This document shows positions 23,601-37,000 of a DNA stretch of 64,000 bases, in pieces. The notes under the pieces were generated by a model. That model saw nothing but the letters and a program-made list of their open reading frames with translations. It had not been told where the DNA came from and searched no databases. Location of the stretch: assembly GCA_036172245.1 (NCBI GenBank), contig JAYWIR010000010.1:4650001-4714000 (forward strand), written 5' to 3'. Both the position numbers and the translations under genes were made by a program. Source of the stretch: Raillietiella orientalis (Eukaryota). Every line of letters begins with the position of its first letter. Position 1 is the stretch's first letter.

Positions 23601-26600
23601 ACCCCCGATGCCCGTGGAAGCGACCTCGAGTTTTCGATTCGTTACCGATGTGCTCAGGGACCACAGATAGCATATCTCTCAGTCTTCGTGCGTGGACCTG
23701 AACGCGAAACGAAGAATTTCCTGCTGTCTATCCGAGGCATCCCCTCAAAATACCTCCCGTGAGGATCAGAAAAATTGCAGACAAATTCAGCGTAGCATAC
23801 CAACAACAATACGGAAAAATTCCGAGCTTAAAAAATAGATGGAACAAATTCATCTGGAATTCCTTTTGCATCCTTCTGGTGGCGGATTTTTTTGACTCGC
23901 AGCTCGACTCCAGAGCCACGACCCTAAAGAATTCATGTGGTTAAGTATTGCTTCCACGGAGACACGCTCTCTCAGTTCCCTCCATGTTGTGTTCTCCAAC
24001 TTTCCCAACAAGCTGAGGAGGAGACGCCAATCTCCTAGGAATTTCTATGGGAGTAAACAGCTCTGCTCCTTCCAAGTGTTAGAAGCGGATGCGACTGAAG
24101 CCGATTGTTGGAATGAGTTTTACCACTCTGTAAAGGCCAGAAGTAACATCAACGACCGATCAGGAATGCTTTCCTCATGGGTTATGGTTCTCTTCCGGAT
24201 ACGTTTAACTCTGAGATTATCATTTCTGCTTTCCCACTCTATCACGAACCGTTTCGAACTTCACATTCCGAACGCATTCGTTCTGGTTTGCTACTGCACC
24301 TTTCAGTCTGCACCGCTCTGCGTATACTCACTAAGTTCTTGTCAAAAAGAGGAAGTAGTTTGGAGAATTTCAGTTAACAAGGTGATTGCTAAGAAAAAAA
24401 GAGAAAGAAAAAATCGTAGCTGATGAGAGGTGCCCAGACAATGGGATTCAAGTCTTCACAGCACCACTATGAACACTGCGCTCCCGGTTTTCAGAAAAAG
24501 AACGGAAAGGAGAAGCAGTCCGAACTCTAATCCACAGCACTGAAACCAGCAAAATAAAGGTGAATTGCTGAAAAGGAGGACAGGGAAGAGATCAGACGTT
24601 TTTACCTTACCCTTTTGTATAACATGGGCTGATAGTCTGAAAGTGACTGGGGAGAAACCTTTCTCAGAAAAATCGTTTCTGAAAAGCTCAATTTTCAGAA
24701 ACGATCGGTGCTTACGATCCAGTCCTAATGTTCAGTGCTTCTGATGGATGTCTTAAGTTGTAGAATTTGCAGCTGATTTTACTAGCTTTGGACACTCACT
24801 GAATCATAGGTGTTCCATCCAATTCGCCTAGAAAGTAGCCGTTGAAGAAGAACACATGGAAAGCAGCACATCGGTAGCGTGCGCAGCGTTCTCTGCATAG
24901 TGAGCTTAAATAGTAACTGTAATTTAAGCTCAGTTCCGGATGAATTATAAATTGTAGCACTGCGAACGGACTCAAAACAGTCACTTAAAACTAGAACTCG
25001 GTAAAAGTCTCAGGAAACCGACACAATCAATCGGTAGCGAAAACTAAATTTTTCTTCTGAATGAGGCCTTTTGTCAATTTACAGACAGAGATGCAAAACC
25101 CGCCTGCCGTTTGTCCAATTAGGAAAGTGAAAAGGACCCGTTAGCATAAATTTAGCGCGGTTCCTTAAGCACTTTTTGATCTGGGAGCATAGTCGCTCAA
25201 GCTGTTTGTACGCCTTTAGAGGGAGATCTTTTATCGGAACAGTCAAGCTTAGGGCTGCTTTATGCAAGGCCTATCTTTTATTTTCAAAGCTTAGCTCAAT
25301 GCATGAAGAGGCTTAGAAAAAGAAAGACGGTTTTGAAGTTCGTGTGCACCAGAATGGTGGAAATTCATTGCAAGATAGATGGATGGAATACTGGATTTTT
25401 GTTGAAGACCACAGACCTCCTGAAGGCAAATCTCAGATAAACTTAGAGGAAGGAAAGAGATCATATCTGGAAAGATTAGTAGAGCATCAATACATTTTCT
25501 TACATAAGAAAGAAGAGGAAGAATCTTCACAATTTCAAAAAGAAATGGACATAGAGAACTCTATATCAAGGTCTTCCAACAACAGAAAATCCTCCCAGTA
25601 TGCCTGAAAAAAGTGAACCATAGGAATGCAAAGTGAAAAGTCCAACACATCCACGACCGAACATCACTATTTTGCATCAGGAAAGGAGAATTACAGAGTT
25701 TTATCAGTGGAAGGAAAATTGTTCCTTAATCATAATTCACTTCATTCATATCGTTTAAAATCTTCTAATGGCTTGCATGAAGCAGCCCTAAAATTTCCAA
25801 TATTCCAGCTATTGTTTCATTGAGAAAGGAGAGATTTCAGGAGAAGTATTAAGAAAGCTAAACTACATTATGAGGAAGAATGTCGGAGTGGAAGCTATTT
25901 TCTGGGCTCCAGAACGCAAGAGCTGTATAATAATCATGCTCCATTGCAGAACATAGAATCAATATGGATATTGTAAGAGGATTCTTAGAGCCAGAACAGA
26001 TATAAGTATTTTAAGAGTTTATCAAGTAAAAGTCTATCTAAACGATGAAATCATTCTTCTGAAAATCTCCAAAGTTTGTGGGATGATGACTGGGAATCGG
26101 CAATAAACTTTACCAGTTTTGCAAATATAAACAGAGGAGCACTTGATATTCATTACAACACATTCGAAAACTGAAAGACTGTTTTCACCTGGATCTGCAG
26201 ACTCCTTCTTCAGAACCAATTTTCTTCCATCTTTTATGTGTTCCGAACATACTTTTAACTAAACTGAAACTTCATCTATTCTCTCTCTCAAGGAAAATAA
26301 ATGGAGATCATATTTTCTTGTTGTTAATTCATTTAGTAAATTTTTCATCACCGCCTCTGTACATTTCAACTGAGCAAGCTTCTAGTATGCTAAAATGACT
26401 TCCTTACGAAATACTTTAGCGACCAGCAAGCACATATGTATGTTATTAGCAAGGACTTTATTTTCAAAGCATTCATGCTGATAAATCTATTTTAAAAGGT
26501 ATATTCTGCAGTTCAGGACAGATTTTGGAAATGATGTCCACAATTTGTATCTCACAGGAGAAAGATCTTTTCCCAAACTCCACAGAATGAGTTCTGCAGC

Positions 26601-28679
26601 ATCAAATTCATTCTTTTTGGTGAATGACTGTTTTATGAGTTGTTTTCATAAAAAACTAAAACATCCTGAACATGTCTCATCTAAAAATTCCTTGCTTATT
26701 GCAAAAAAAAAGAAAAGATACATCATAAAAATGTACTGCTTTCAATTTCAAAGTGAAGTTAGATATTTCTTTCATTTGTTTTTTTAATACCCATTATAAG
26801 AATCCATATCAATATTTTTTTTATTTGTCCATTTCTAAAAGTGACACGCGCATAAAGAACCCGCTTATGGTTGAAACAAAAACATCCTGATGCTATATTC
26901 AAGAACTTTCAAATGTTAATCAATATTTATTTGAATTCCCATCATAAACACTTTGTATATCCTTTTCTCTAGAAAACCATAGGTGCCAATTATACAAGTT
27001 TTCAAATAACTAAAACTCTGATACAAAATTTTCAATCCTGATTAGCTCTAAGCATACTTTGCTGTTTTTTATGCTCGACTAAAGTTAATTTACAGCTGAT
27101 TTTGTGGTATTTTTCTTTTTTTTCAATACATTTGTGCCTATCAACAAAACAGTCTTGACATTGCTATCTAGTTATCAGCCACTGTCAAAATTATTGTTAG
27201 CACATGTTTTTATATCCAATACTTTTGCAATGTCTGGTGTTAGTACAAGCAATGTGATATTTTTATTTTTGCATGCATACTGTCTCATTACAGCTATTCA
27301 AAATTTCCTTTCTTCCATTTGTTTATGACATACATCTACTGTGATCACCCATTTTGATGAAAGATTCCTAAAGAGTGTGATTTATTTTATGTCTTCTGAA
27401 GTTCGGTATTTAGTTGCCTCACTGTGTTCCCCCCAGATTTGTTTAAGCAGCATTCCATGCCGGCCAAGACATTTCAGTAGCTGCAGTTTTGAAAAATTAA
27501 CCCTTTTCTTGATATCTAAGAAAGTGAACGCTATCCAAAGGAGAAGGAAAAGAAGCAAAGTCCTTGCAAGTTTCATTCAAACATCTGCAAACAGTTCTAC
27601 TGCTTTCTTTGATCTGTTGCATTTCTTTGATCTGAAACACCAAACCGGAAATCTTGTACTTCTGTTCTTTGGATTCCACTGGATCGCTCTTATGTTTACG
27701 TTTCAAAAATTCTTCGTGGATGAATACTATATTATTTTTCCTTTTTTTTTTAATCAAAATTTACTTGGAGAACTCGTGTATTTCAAAGCATTTTCACCTT
27801 GTTTCGTGCAGCGTACTCAGGTAATGTTATTTTATTGATGTAATTAGTTGTTCAGTTAATCTAAAGCTATGTGTACTTAATGTACAGGTAAAAGCAACAA
27901 TTTTTTCATGCACTTTAGCACATTTTCTGCACGCTAGATACAATATCTAATAACTTTTGCGTGCTACATATACTTTTTCTGCGTGAAATTTCTCGTGATG
28001 GCTTAGATAACACAGATAATGCTTCAAATATTTATAGCTTTAATTTTCCGCATTCAGTGTTTATTTGTCTGCTTTCCTTTCCTTCCTTTTTTTTTTTTTT
28101 TCCTGACTACCAAACTCTTTCGGCATTTTGCCGTTATCTGCAATTTATTCTGTTAATAAGAACAAGTTGTGTGAAACGAATGAGAAGCGATTTAAAATGC
28201 AGAGGAATTTTTCAGAGGAAACCTTTCCAAGCGCGAGTTCTGTTTGGAAGGAGAAAGGCGACAGTTCAGCTGGGATAGGTTGGATGCTTCCCCGTCCATC
28301 CTTCCCGGACAAGTGCTTCCACAAAAACATTTCCTCCTCCTAGGTGGTTCCCCAAACGGTAGTTGCAAAGGAAATCCGGGAGGAGCCAGCATTTTCTTCC
28401 GGCAGATAAGAACTGCGCAGACCCAAGTCAAACTTGGTCCCGATGGAACGTGGGAAACCGCGCTTTCCCGTGCCGTTCCACAAAGGAAGAAGACCTCACT
28501 GCTAAAAGTGGAGATGGTCCACGTCTCCTCCGCGGGGATGTCGGCGGCATCCGGCGGGCCACTCTGCCGTCGCGGCGTGCCATCTATTGCGCGCCAATGG
28601 AGTTACATTTTCGGTCCCTCGATCCCGTGTGCTTCGCTGTCAGTTACGCACGATGAGTGATGATGCTGTAAGCGTGGTG

Positions 28680-29030
28680 GCTGTGCCGCACTCACTCTTT
28701 CAAGAAAGTCAGTAGTCTTCGGGGATCAGTAACTTCGTGCTCCTCGTTTGCTGCTTGGACCCCGCTTTGCTGATAACCAGATGTAAGTGAGCAAATGCAG
28801 TTTCCTCGTAGCCGGTCGCGCGTCTGGTCACATGACGTTGTTTCGGGAATCTCGTGAGAGGAAACTTCATTCGTGTAAGGGGAGCATCGAAATCGAGTGA
28901 ATTACATGTCGGATGCAAATGCCCTCATCCGTGTGGTTGCTTGCGAGCACTGAAGTAGCTTCTGCGTATGTACCGCACATGGGAACCCCTTATCCGTACG
29001 GTACGCTAAACGATCCAAGAGTACCGTGAG
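28680..29030 (+). promoter_or_regulatory. Likely KDM2 promoter and non-coding first exon
   Basis: CpG-rich stretch ending in donor c|gtgagt at 29026, followed by acceptor tttag at 29370 just before the first coding exon. Confidence 0.4.
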
Positions 29031-29387
29031 TTACTCTTTGCAATTGTTTCTTGCATGACGTGTGTACGCATTTATGCTGGAAGTCGGTCCGACTCTTTCC
29101 GTACATTCGGTTCGCGACCATTAGTTAATAGCTTTTGCACCCTGTTAATTTTTTTTTCGAAAATATCGCCGTCGGTTTCAATGGGAACTGGTGCCGAAGA
29201 AGTTCTGATACTTAGCAGTAGTTTATCGTGTGAACAAGATGTCGTAAACTTGAAATGTCAATCCGTGATTACGAAGTGATTGAGTGGTGAAACCTATCTA
29301 GTGTTTACAGGAAAAAAAAAAAAAAAAAAAATTCATGTGATCACTTTCAAATGTTCCCTTTACTGTTTAGAATCTCAGATGTAGAAG

Positions 29388-32300
29388 ATGCCTGCGGATG
29401 AAACCAGCAAGAGGGAAACCGCACGTAATTTGGTAAGTCAGTACAAAACCCTAGTTGATGAACCCTCAGTCCAGTAAAAAAAACACAATCCCTTCGAGTG
29501 GAATCCCTATTTAAGACGTTCCATGTTGAATGTGTATAGTGCACGTTCACACATTTAGTCATTTAACATTAGACATTAGAGTTCCTGAAGCATGTTTGAA
29601 GTGTAGGTTTAATGAGCTTTATTCATTGAGTTTGTTGATTATCTGACTGGAATGGTTCTGATGCCACATTTGCACAGAATCATAGCTGAGCATCGGGAGC
29701 TGCCTATACTTTGCTGTAGGTGGTGGTGAATGTGAAAGTGCACCAATGGCTTTCCCAGTTCCATGCTTAACATCAGTCTTCAGTGTGCTTATGTGCACCT
29801 TTTACTGTACCCATTGCATTAACTGGACGCATCTGTTCAGTGATCTAATGGATTAGCAGTGCAGGGGCCTCCCCCCCCCAAAGTTTTCAGTTTCCGGTTC
29901 CGTAACATCTGGGTAGCCTTTTCTTGCATGGGTAGCCATTGCTGGCCGTTTCTGTCGTTTGATTGCTCCCATCGATTTAAGTTAACAAACCTGGGTCAAT
30001 CAAGGCATCATGTTTCGCATGCCCTCATCGGTCATCTTGAAGTTCCGGGCAAATACATTCACGGTGTGCAGAGAATTTGTGAAGCTGCATTCAGAGTTGA
30101 GGACCCTGTGTGTTCATCATGGTTCTACTTGCAGGATTATGCCTCACCGTTTTGTTCCGAAATCCTGATTACCGACCTGTTTGTTGAATCCTTTTTTTTT
30201 TTCTTCTTCTTTTTTTTTCTTTTACAATTGGTTTCAGAATTGACGTACTTTTTCCCAATAATATTTGAGGAATGCATTGATTTCGGCCTTGTTTTCACAG
30301 TTACGATTCAATGTAAGACAGTAAGTTAGCTCATGTAGGGTCGTGGGGATCACAACAGACCACATAAGTTGCAATATTCATTATCTGTAACATGTCCCCA
30401 ATTATCATTAGTGATGTGCATGCGACGTTCGGCATTTCGTATCCATTTGCAGATATTGTAGTGTGTGCTCTTGTGCTGTCTCTTCATCCTTGTGGGCCCA
30501 GCGTTCAGGGTAGGCAAAACGGCAAGATGTCGTCAGGTTGCCATGGAAGCGTTGTGGTCAATTCAGGGAAGGCACAAATGCATAGCTGTTTCGAGTTTCA
30601 TAAGAGTCATGTGTGAAGCCGGTCGGTGTCGAGGTTCTTCTAGCTGCTTCAATCGAGAGCAGTACCCAATCTGTATGTAAACATCACCATGTGCAGCGCT
30701 CAGCTTCCTGTGTCACTGTGTGGTGAATCGAAAGATTTTGGTTGCATTGATGTCTTCCCCGCATGGAAACTGAAATCAAGTGGCCTGGACCTCTAGAGTT
30801 TTCGTGGAGAATGGTAAACACGCTTTACTGCTGTGTTAGGCCGTCTATTAGTATTCTTTACGCGTAGTCTGTATGCTTATGGCATCGTTAAATTTGACCA
30901 TCTTCAAACGAATAGTAATGCGGTCCCGAGCGGAAAAGCTCTCCAAACGTTCATGTAAAAGAGTTTGTCGTGGAGCTCCCATGGCACGTGTAAATCAATG
31001 GATGATTTTGTTAGACTGCACAACAAGATGTTGCGACATGGCATAAAGTGCTGGAGTTCTCGAGACCTATGGCAGGTTTGAGAAGAGGAGGCGTGAAACC
31101 TGTGCTGAACAACACGGAAAGCCGAAGGCACCTGCTTATCCAGAAGTGCCTATTTTTTTTTTTTTTTTTTCATTTTTTTCCAAAATCTGAAACCTGAAGT
31201 CCATCTCAGACGAAGCAGAGCACTGTGTCACGTTATCATCGGCGTGCACATTGCAATTTCGATGCAAGCAACTCGGATTTCAGCAACCAGAACCTTCGAA
31301 GAAAACGAACAAACCGATTGCCAGGTGTGAGAGGGCAAATTTTTTCATCAGAATGCAGTGGCTGCGTGGCGTCGCCAAAGTGATCCTCATGAAATCAGCA
31401 CAAGTTTTTTCCCAACACGGCCTGCCTATCTTCCATCGACAGGAAAGGCAGAAAAATCTGCAATGCTTGATGTTCTTCGCTTGAATTGGCTTTTCACTTA
31501 TGTAATGATGGTGCAGTTCGCACCATCTCAGGGACCATTAGCCTCCGTTCTAAACTCGATCTGTCTTGAACTTTAAGTAAGAAGTTTCAAGTCGAGTTTC
31601 ATTTTTTGCACAGTTTTGGTCTGTTTCGTTGCACCCCGTAACGATTAGGAACGACATGTTGCGATTGTTCCTTCGAGATAATATCTTCGTGTAGGGAGCA
31701 AGTACATCTATTTTCTATCTCTCTAAGATCATTGCCTGCGTTTTCACTTTACATTCATTTGTTTTTTTTTCCTCCAAGGTGTGCCTGCCGTCCCTGTTGT
31801 TTTTGTGCGCCCGAGTTCAGTTTAATTTTCCAATTCTCTTTGTGGTGTGTTTCTAAAAGCAGGTTATGCAACCCATGAAAATGGCAAACTATTCATCACA
31901 ATTTATCTAGAAGCTGGTAAAAGCGTTGCAGGCTTCCTTGTTGTGTTTTCTCGAAATTTCTTTCAACCGGCTTCATGTGTTTGTTGTGTATTTGGTGATT
32001 GCTTTCCGTTTTGAAAGTTCATGGAAGTTAACAGCCTAACCTTCTGGAAATGTGTGTTGTATAGAACTATGCAGTTGTATGGAACGTACTGCACCTTCTG
32101 TTATTGCAAACGTGTAATCTTGGAAGCTGCACCGTCTACTTGGCTGCCTCTTGGAAAAGTCAGCAGGCATTGGAAACGGCAGTAGAAACATTTTTGTGTT
32201 TTCCCTGATAGAAGATCTTCAGATGCCACAAAGAACGTATCTGAAAGCGGTTAAGAGTTGTTTCATGAAGATGTAATGTAACACAAGAGGATTCTAACGA

Positions 32301-34051
32301 TTTGCACGAATTCTATCTTTGTTTACAACTCTCACTGAGTGATATGGCAATGCTGTAGCCTTGCAAGATGCAAATAAGAAACATGGAGACCTTAATGAAA
32401 GTGATCCCTTGCAAAGTGCAGTGGATTAAATGGGCATGCAGGATGTGAATCGTCTTAAACCAGGTGCTTTGAGAATGTAAGCAAAACAAAGGAGCAATTC
32501 AAAAGGAAAAGCGAAATTCTTCCTTGAAATCTCAAGGAGGAGTGACCACATGAATCTGATTTTTTGGTACATTTTGTGAACGTTTTCGAGTCAAGGTGAA
32601 AAGTATGTTTCGAGTAACAAGTTTTTTTTTTTTTGGTACTCATTATTTTAAGTAAGAATTGATGTACCACTGTTTTTTTACTGCGTATGCACACTTGAGA
32701 GGCGTTCTTGTACACAACTATTTCCTAGTTGATTTTAAGAGTTTGAATCGACTCGAGGGTTCCTCTGTATTGGTTCTTTCAAAGTGAGAGGCAAGTGGAA
32801 GAACGTCTGTTCTTCTACTTGTGCCTTCTATTCGTACTTTGTTGTATTTTTATTCAGGCAGCTCTTTTTTATGTTTGCGTTCACTGTTTCTGTCTTTACA
32901 ATACTTCATTAAAGTCTTCCAGGGATTTTGATGTCATGCTGTTTAATAATCGTAATTACTTATCATTTTGTGACTGACATGTCAAGTTCAACAACTCTGG
33001 AGCACCGATCGGCAGTTGTATGGTTTCTAAGTTACCGGAACTCACGACCAGCTGACGAATTCGGTGAGGGAGAAGCTGAAAAGTGTAGAGAGTGAAACTT
33101 GCAGGTTAAAGTTTAGCAGGTGTGAACCTCTTGAATTTTCTGTGGGGGACAGGGGCAAGTGAAATGCACCTCTGTTTGGAACTTTGCTGGATGACGTTGG
33201 TAACGAGGTGTTTGAAGGAACCGGAAGCGAGAAAACCTCTAAATCGAGAGGTAACATCTGCATAGTAGAGGGCTGCGATCGGAAAAATATAAAAATTTGC
33301 CTGTGGAATCGGACCCGCATGTGTGTGCCCGTGCTTGGAAAATACACGATGCCCTCGTAACCAGAGAAGTGTTTGTTTGTGAAGTGTACACAGAGGAAAC
33401 TTGTCCGTGAGAAAGCAGAAAAAATGAAAACAAATCTCGAAATCATCAGTGGAAAGATAAAATGCATTGTGCCTACAATCTCCGTTTTCTTCTTTCCGGT
33501 CAAGCCGCTGGAACGTGTTCGAAGAAGGTGCCCGTTTTGTTCTTCAGGCGTCAAAATAGTCGAAAAACAACTTCATTTTTTTCTTTTTTGTTGTAATTTC
33601 TCGTGGTTGCTTTTAAATAGATTACATGCGCACATCATATCGCCCTTTCGTATGCCTTGGAAGAAAAAAAAAATCCGAGAACCTTGTGGTAGCGCCACCA
33701 GAGCTTTGTTCTGCTTCCCTGTGATCACCGCGCCTCTTGTTCCAAGACGAAAGCGTTCGGCGTTTGTCCGTTCCGGCGTGTGCCCCTGGAATGGTTTCCT
33801 TGCGGAAGCTTTCCGTGATTGTCCTCCGGAGAGTCGATCGTTCACCCACCGACGGTGAGCTTGCCGAAGGTGCAGCCGGCAGAAGACCCGGCCAAGTGGC
33901 CGCCTCCGCACAAGGGCGGCAGCAACTGCAGCGTCCGTTCGGACGGGCGCTGGCGTTGTGTCTCCCGAACACAGCGCTGGTCCTTGCCGGTGCGCCACCG
34001 CCTTGGACAAGAAAAGGAAAAGGAAAGGCGGGGGGGGGGAGGGAGGGAGGG

Positions 34052-34085
<34 letters not shown>

Positions 34086-37000
34086 CCGGCGTGCCGCAGG
34101 AGGGAGAGCGCGCGGGCGCGCTCGGCTCCCGCCGCCGCCGCCGCGGAGAGGAAAGACGAAGCCTGGGCGGCGGCGGCGGCGGCGCGCATGCGCGCGGGGC
34201 CGTTGAACATGGCTCCCGCCGACGGTGTCGTCCCGCCGCAACACGTCCTCCGTATCGATGCGTTTACGACGCTTGCGCATTAAGTGTTTAAAACCAAGTG
34301 GGGATGGCAGCATGGCGTTCCGCTGTTGGTGGGTGCACCACGCCGTCTTGTGTCCATTGTGCTTCGCTAACGCCGATCTTGCTTACGTCAAGTTTGCTAT
34401 ATCTGCTCCCGAAGATTATTTCCGCAGCCTCGCACGTTTCGATACGCAGTTAGGACGGTGCTGAAGTGTTTTTTTTTTTTTGCTCCCCGTTTTCTTCGTG
34501 TTGTGTGCTCGCCAGTTAAGGTTACCCGGTTTGGCAATGCGTGCTGGTTTCTTCTGCTCGAGTCGCAAAGATCACATGTGATGTGCTTCTGGTGAAATGT
34601 TTGGTGCCAGTCTTCGAAGGTGCACGTACGAATGCTTGTCATGGATTTGTGCAGTGCAAAGTTGCAACTCTCGTGGAGTGTCCCTCATGCGTGCAGCCCC
34701 AGTGATTTAATCGGAAACTTTTGGATGCTTTGAAACTTCTGAGCGAAAAGATTTCGTCACTCGGCAGTGTTCGGTTCTTGTAGTTCATCATGGTAAGCTG
34801 GCACTTCCTTTGGTTGATTGGATCCATTTCGATACGTAGAAAGTCGTCGGTCCAGAGTTGACGTTGATTTGTTTCCGTGTTTGTTTTATTTTTATTTTTT
34901 TTATTTTTTTCGACGTCCCGGCGTCCTTCGGGAAGCTGTGCCCTGCATCCGCCGCTGGTCGGTTTTGTTATTTGTCGGTGCGTCGCACCAGACAGGTGCC
35001 ACGGTTGTGTGCCTTCACAGTAAGCTGATTGACATCCAGTGCGCCAGCCGTGCAGAGTAATGTAATGGGATCGTGGGTATGCTCCACCAGTAATGTAGCA
35101 GGAAGGATGCTTGAAATTTTAATCTCTGCATCCGCCTTGCGACAGGAAGAGTTGCAAACGTGCCCGGCGCCGCGGAATATTCGCGGCATCGCTGACCGAG
35201 GGTCTGCAGCTGCTCCTGGTACTGCCCATTGCGGAAGACCTTCGCTTGATCCGGCGTCCCGGAGTTCGAGTTGCATGGAAAAGGTGTTGCGAACCCTGGA
35301 TCGTTTTGACCCGTGGGCGGCGGCGTGCCGGGTGTTCCGGGAGCAAACCTGGGGGGGATCCGTGGCATCCGAGTCGCGCGCGCGTCAGGTCATTTCCCCG
35401 TGGCTCCATGGAAAGAGTTGTGGCAGCTGGGAACTGGAGTGCGACATTTGGTTTGTTTGGGGGGGGGGGGGGGGGCAGGCGCATCTTGTAGAATCCAGGA
35501 TGAATGTGTGTTGCACATCATTGTCTGCAGCTTGGGAGTTTCCTCTGCGTGTTCTTATGCTGGCTGCGTGCTTGCGTGCGTTCGCAACAAGCGTAGGATT
35601 GCAGCACGTTCGTATGTGTGTTGTTTTCCAAGAGATCCAAAGATGTTTTCCCACTGTCTGCTCCGCAGCTCAGTGTTGCCGTGTTCACCCCAGGAAATCA
35701 TCACCTTGAGCTTCCCGTTTCGTAAAGGCTTCCGAATGGGGCACTGGATATGCCGATGTTTTTTTTTTTTTTTTTTTTCCTCTTCGGTTTAATCAAGTCG
35801 AAAAGATCTCCATTTCCTTAGCAATTAAGCTTCTCTATTTTTCGTCGGGAAAATTCGGAACACGTGAAACGCATCCCTGCGTAAACACTTGTCAGACACT
35901 CTTCGCGTGGGGTCACACAAGGACCTGCACTGGCGTTTTTTATGCCAAGCGAAGAGTAAATGGACGGCAACACCAACGGAATAGTGAGATAACTGGTCGA
36001 AATGTGATTTCCTTCATTTGATTCTCCAGATGTTCAAGCGGTGGGGTTTTGAAGGGGGGGGGGGGAGAAAAAAAAAAAAAAATTTTTTTTGTTTGCGGTT
36101 GATGCTTGCTTGCTTGCTTTTCAGTGCAAAAGCAAAAGGTTTCAAAACCTTACCGAATAAATTTGCTTATTGAAAAAGAATTGGTACGTTCGTGTTGCTA
36201 GCCGAAAGTAGCACGGGATTCTTAGGCCGTGGTTGGCAAAGTTTGCATTCCTGCCTGTCCCCAACGATCAACTAATTTTTCCATCTCAGGAACTCGAATT
36301 TCGGGTTGCCGTGTTCGCGGATGTTTTTTTTCCATTTCTTCCTTCTTTTTTTTTTTTTTTTGTGATTTGTAAAAGTGGTTGTAACTTCTGGTGTTATCTC
36401 CTCTGTACTCCCCTTTTCTTGCGACATCGGTAGAGCGAGGAAAGGCATGTGGAAATGGTACTGAAATTTCAAGTTAATCGAAGAAATTAATCGATCCGTT
36501 GGAAAAAGCTCCGAGATCAGCGGGGACGGTCCATCCGCACCACGATTTTTAGTCGTGCCGTCGGTGTCCGAGCATTTTGTCGGAGATCACCTTGCCCGCA
36601 GTGGTGTGGTCACCGCCTCCCATGTAATTACGCTTCAGCTCCGTCCCATCTTTCATGCAGAAGGGAACGGTGGCATCCAGTCGCTACTGTACTATCATTT
36701 TCTTTTTTTTTTGGGGTGGGGTGGGGTGGAGGGGTCCTTCCTGCCTCTTTTTTCATATTATCATAGGTTCGTACTCTTTAAGGAGAAACTCCAAATGTTT
36801 GCAATCAGCGCATGCAAGACGTGCAGCAACATGAAGAACTTCGCCGTGCTTTTTAAATTTCATGGTTTTCCCTTTGGCCCAGGTAGAAATTCACCTTAGC
36901 TGAAGAGCAGCATCCCTTGCATGAACTTGAGCGAAATAACGTACAACCACCACGGTATTCGTAATCCTGCTGCGTACCGTACTTGTAAGTTATCGAATGC

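Noticed and set aside
33373..35792. Many overlapping long ORFs in the KDM2 intron
   Set aside because: Low-complexity translations of a GC-rich island and microsatellites.
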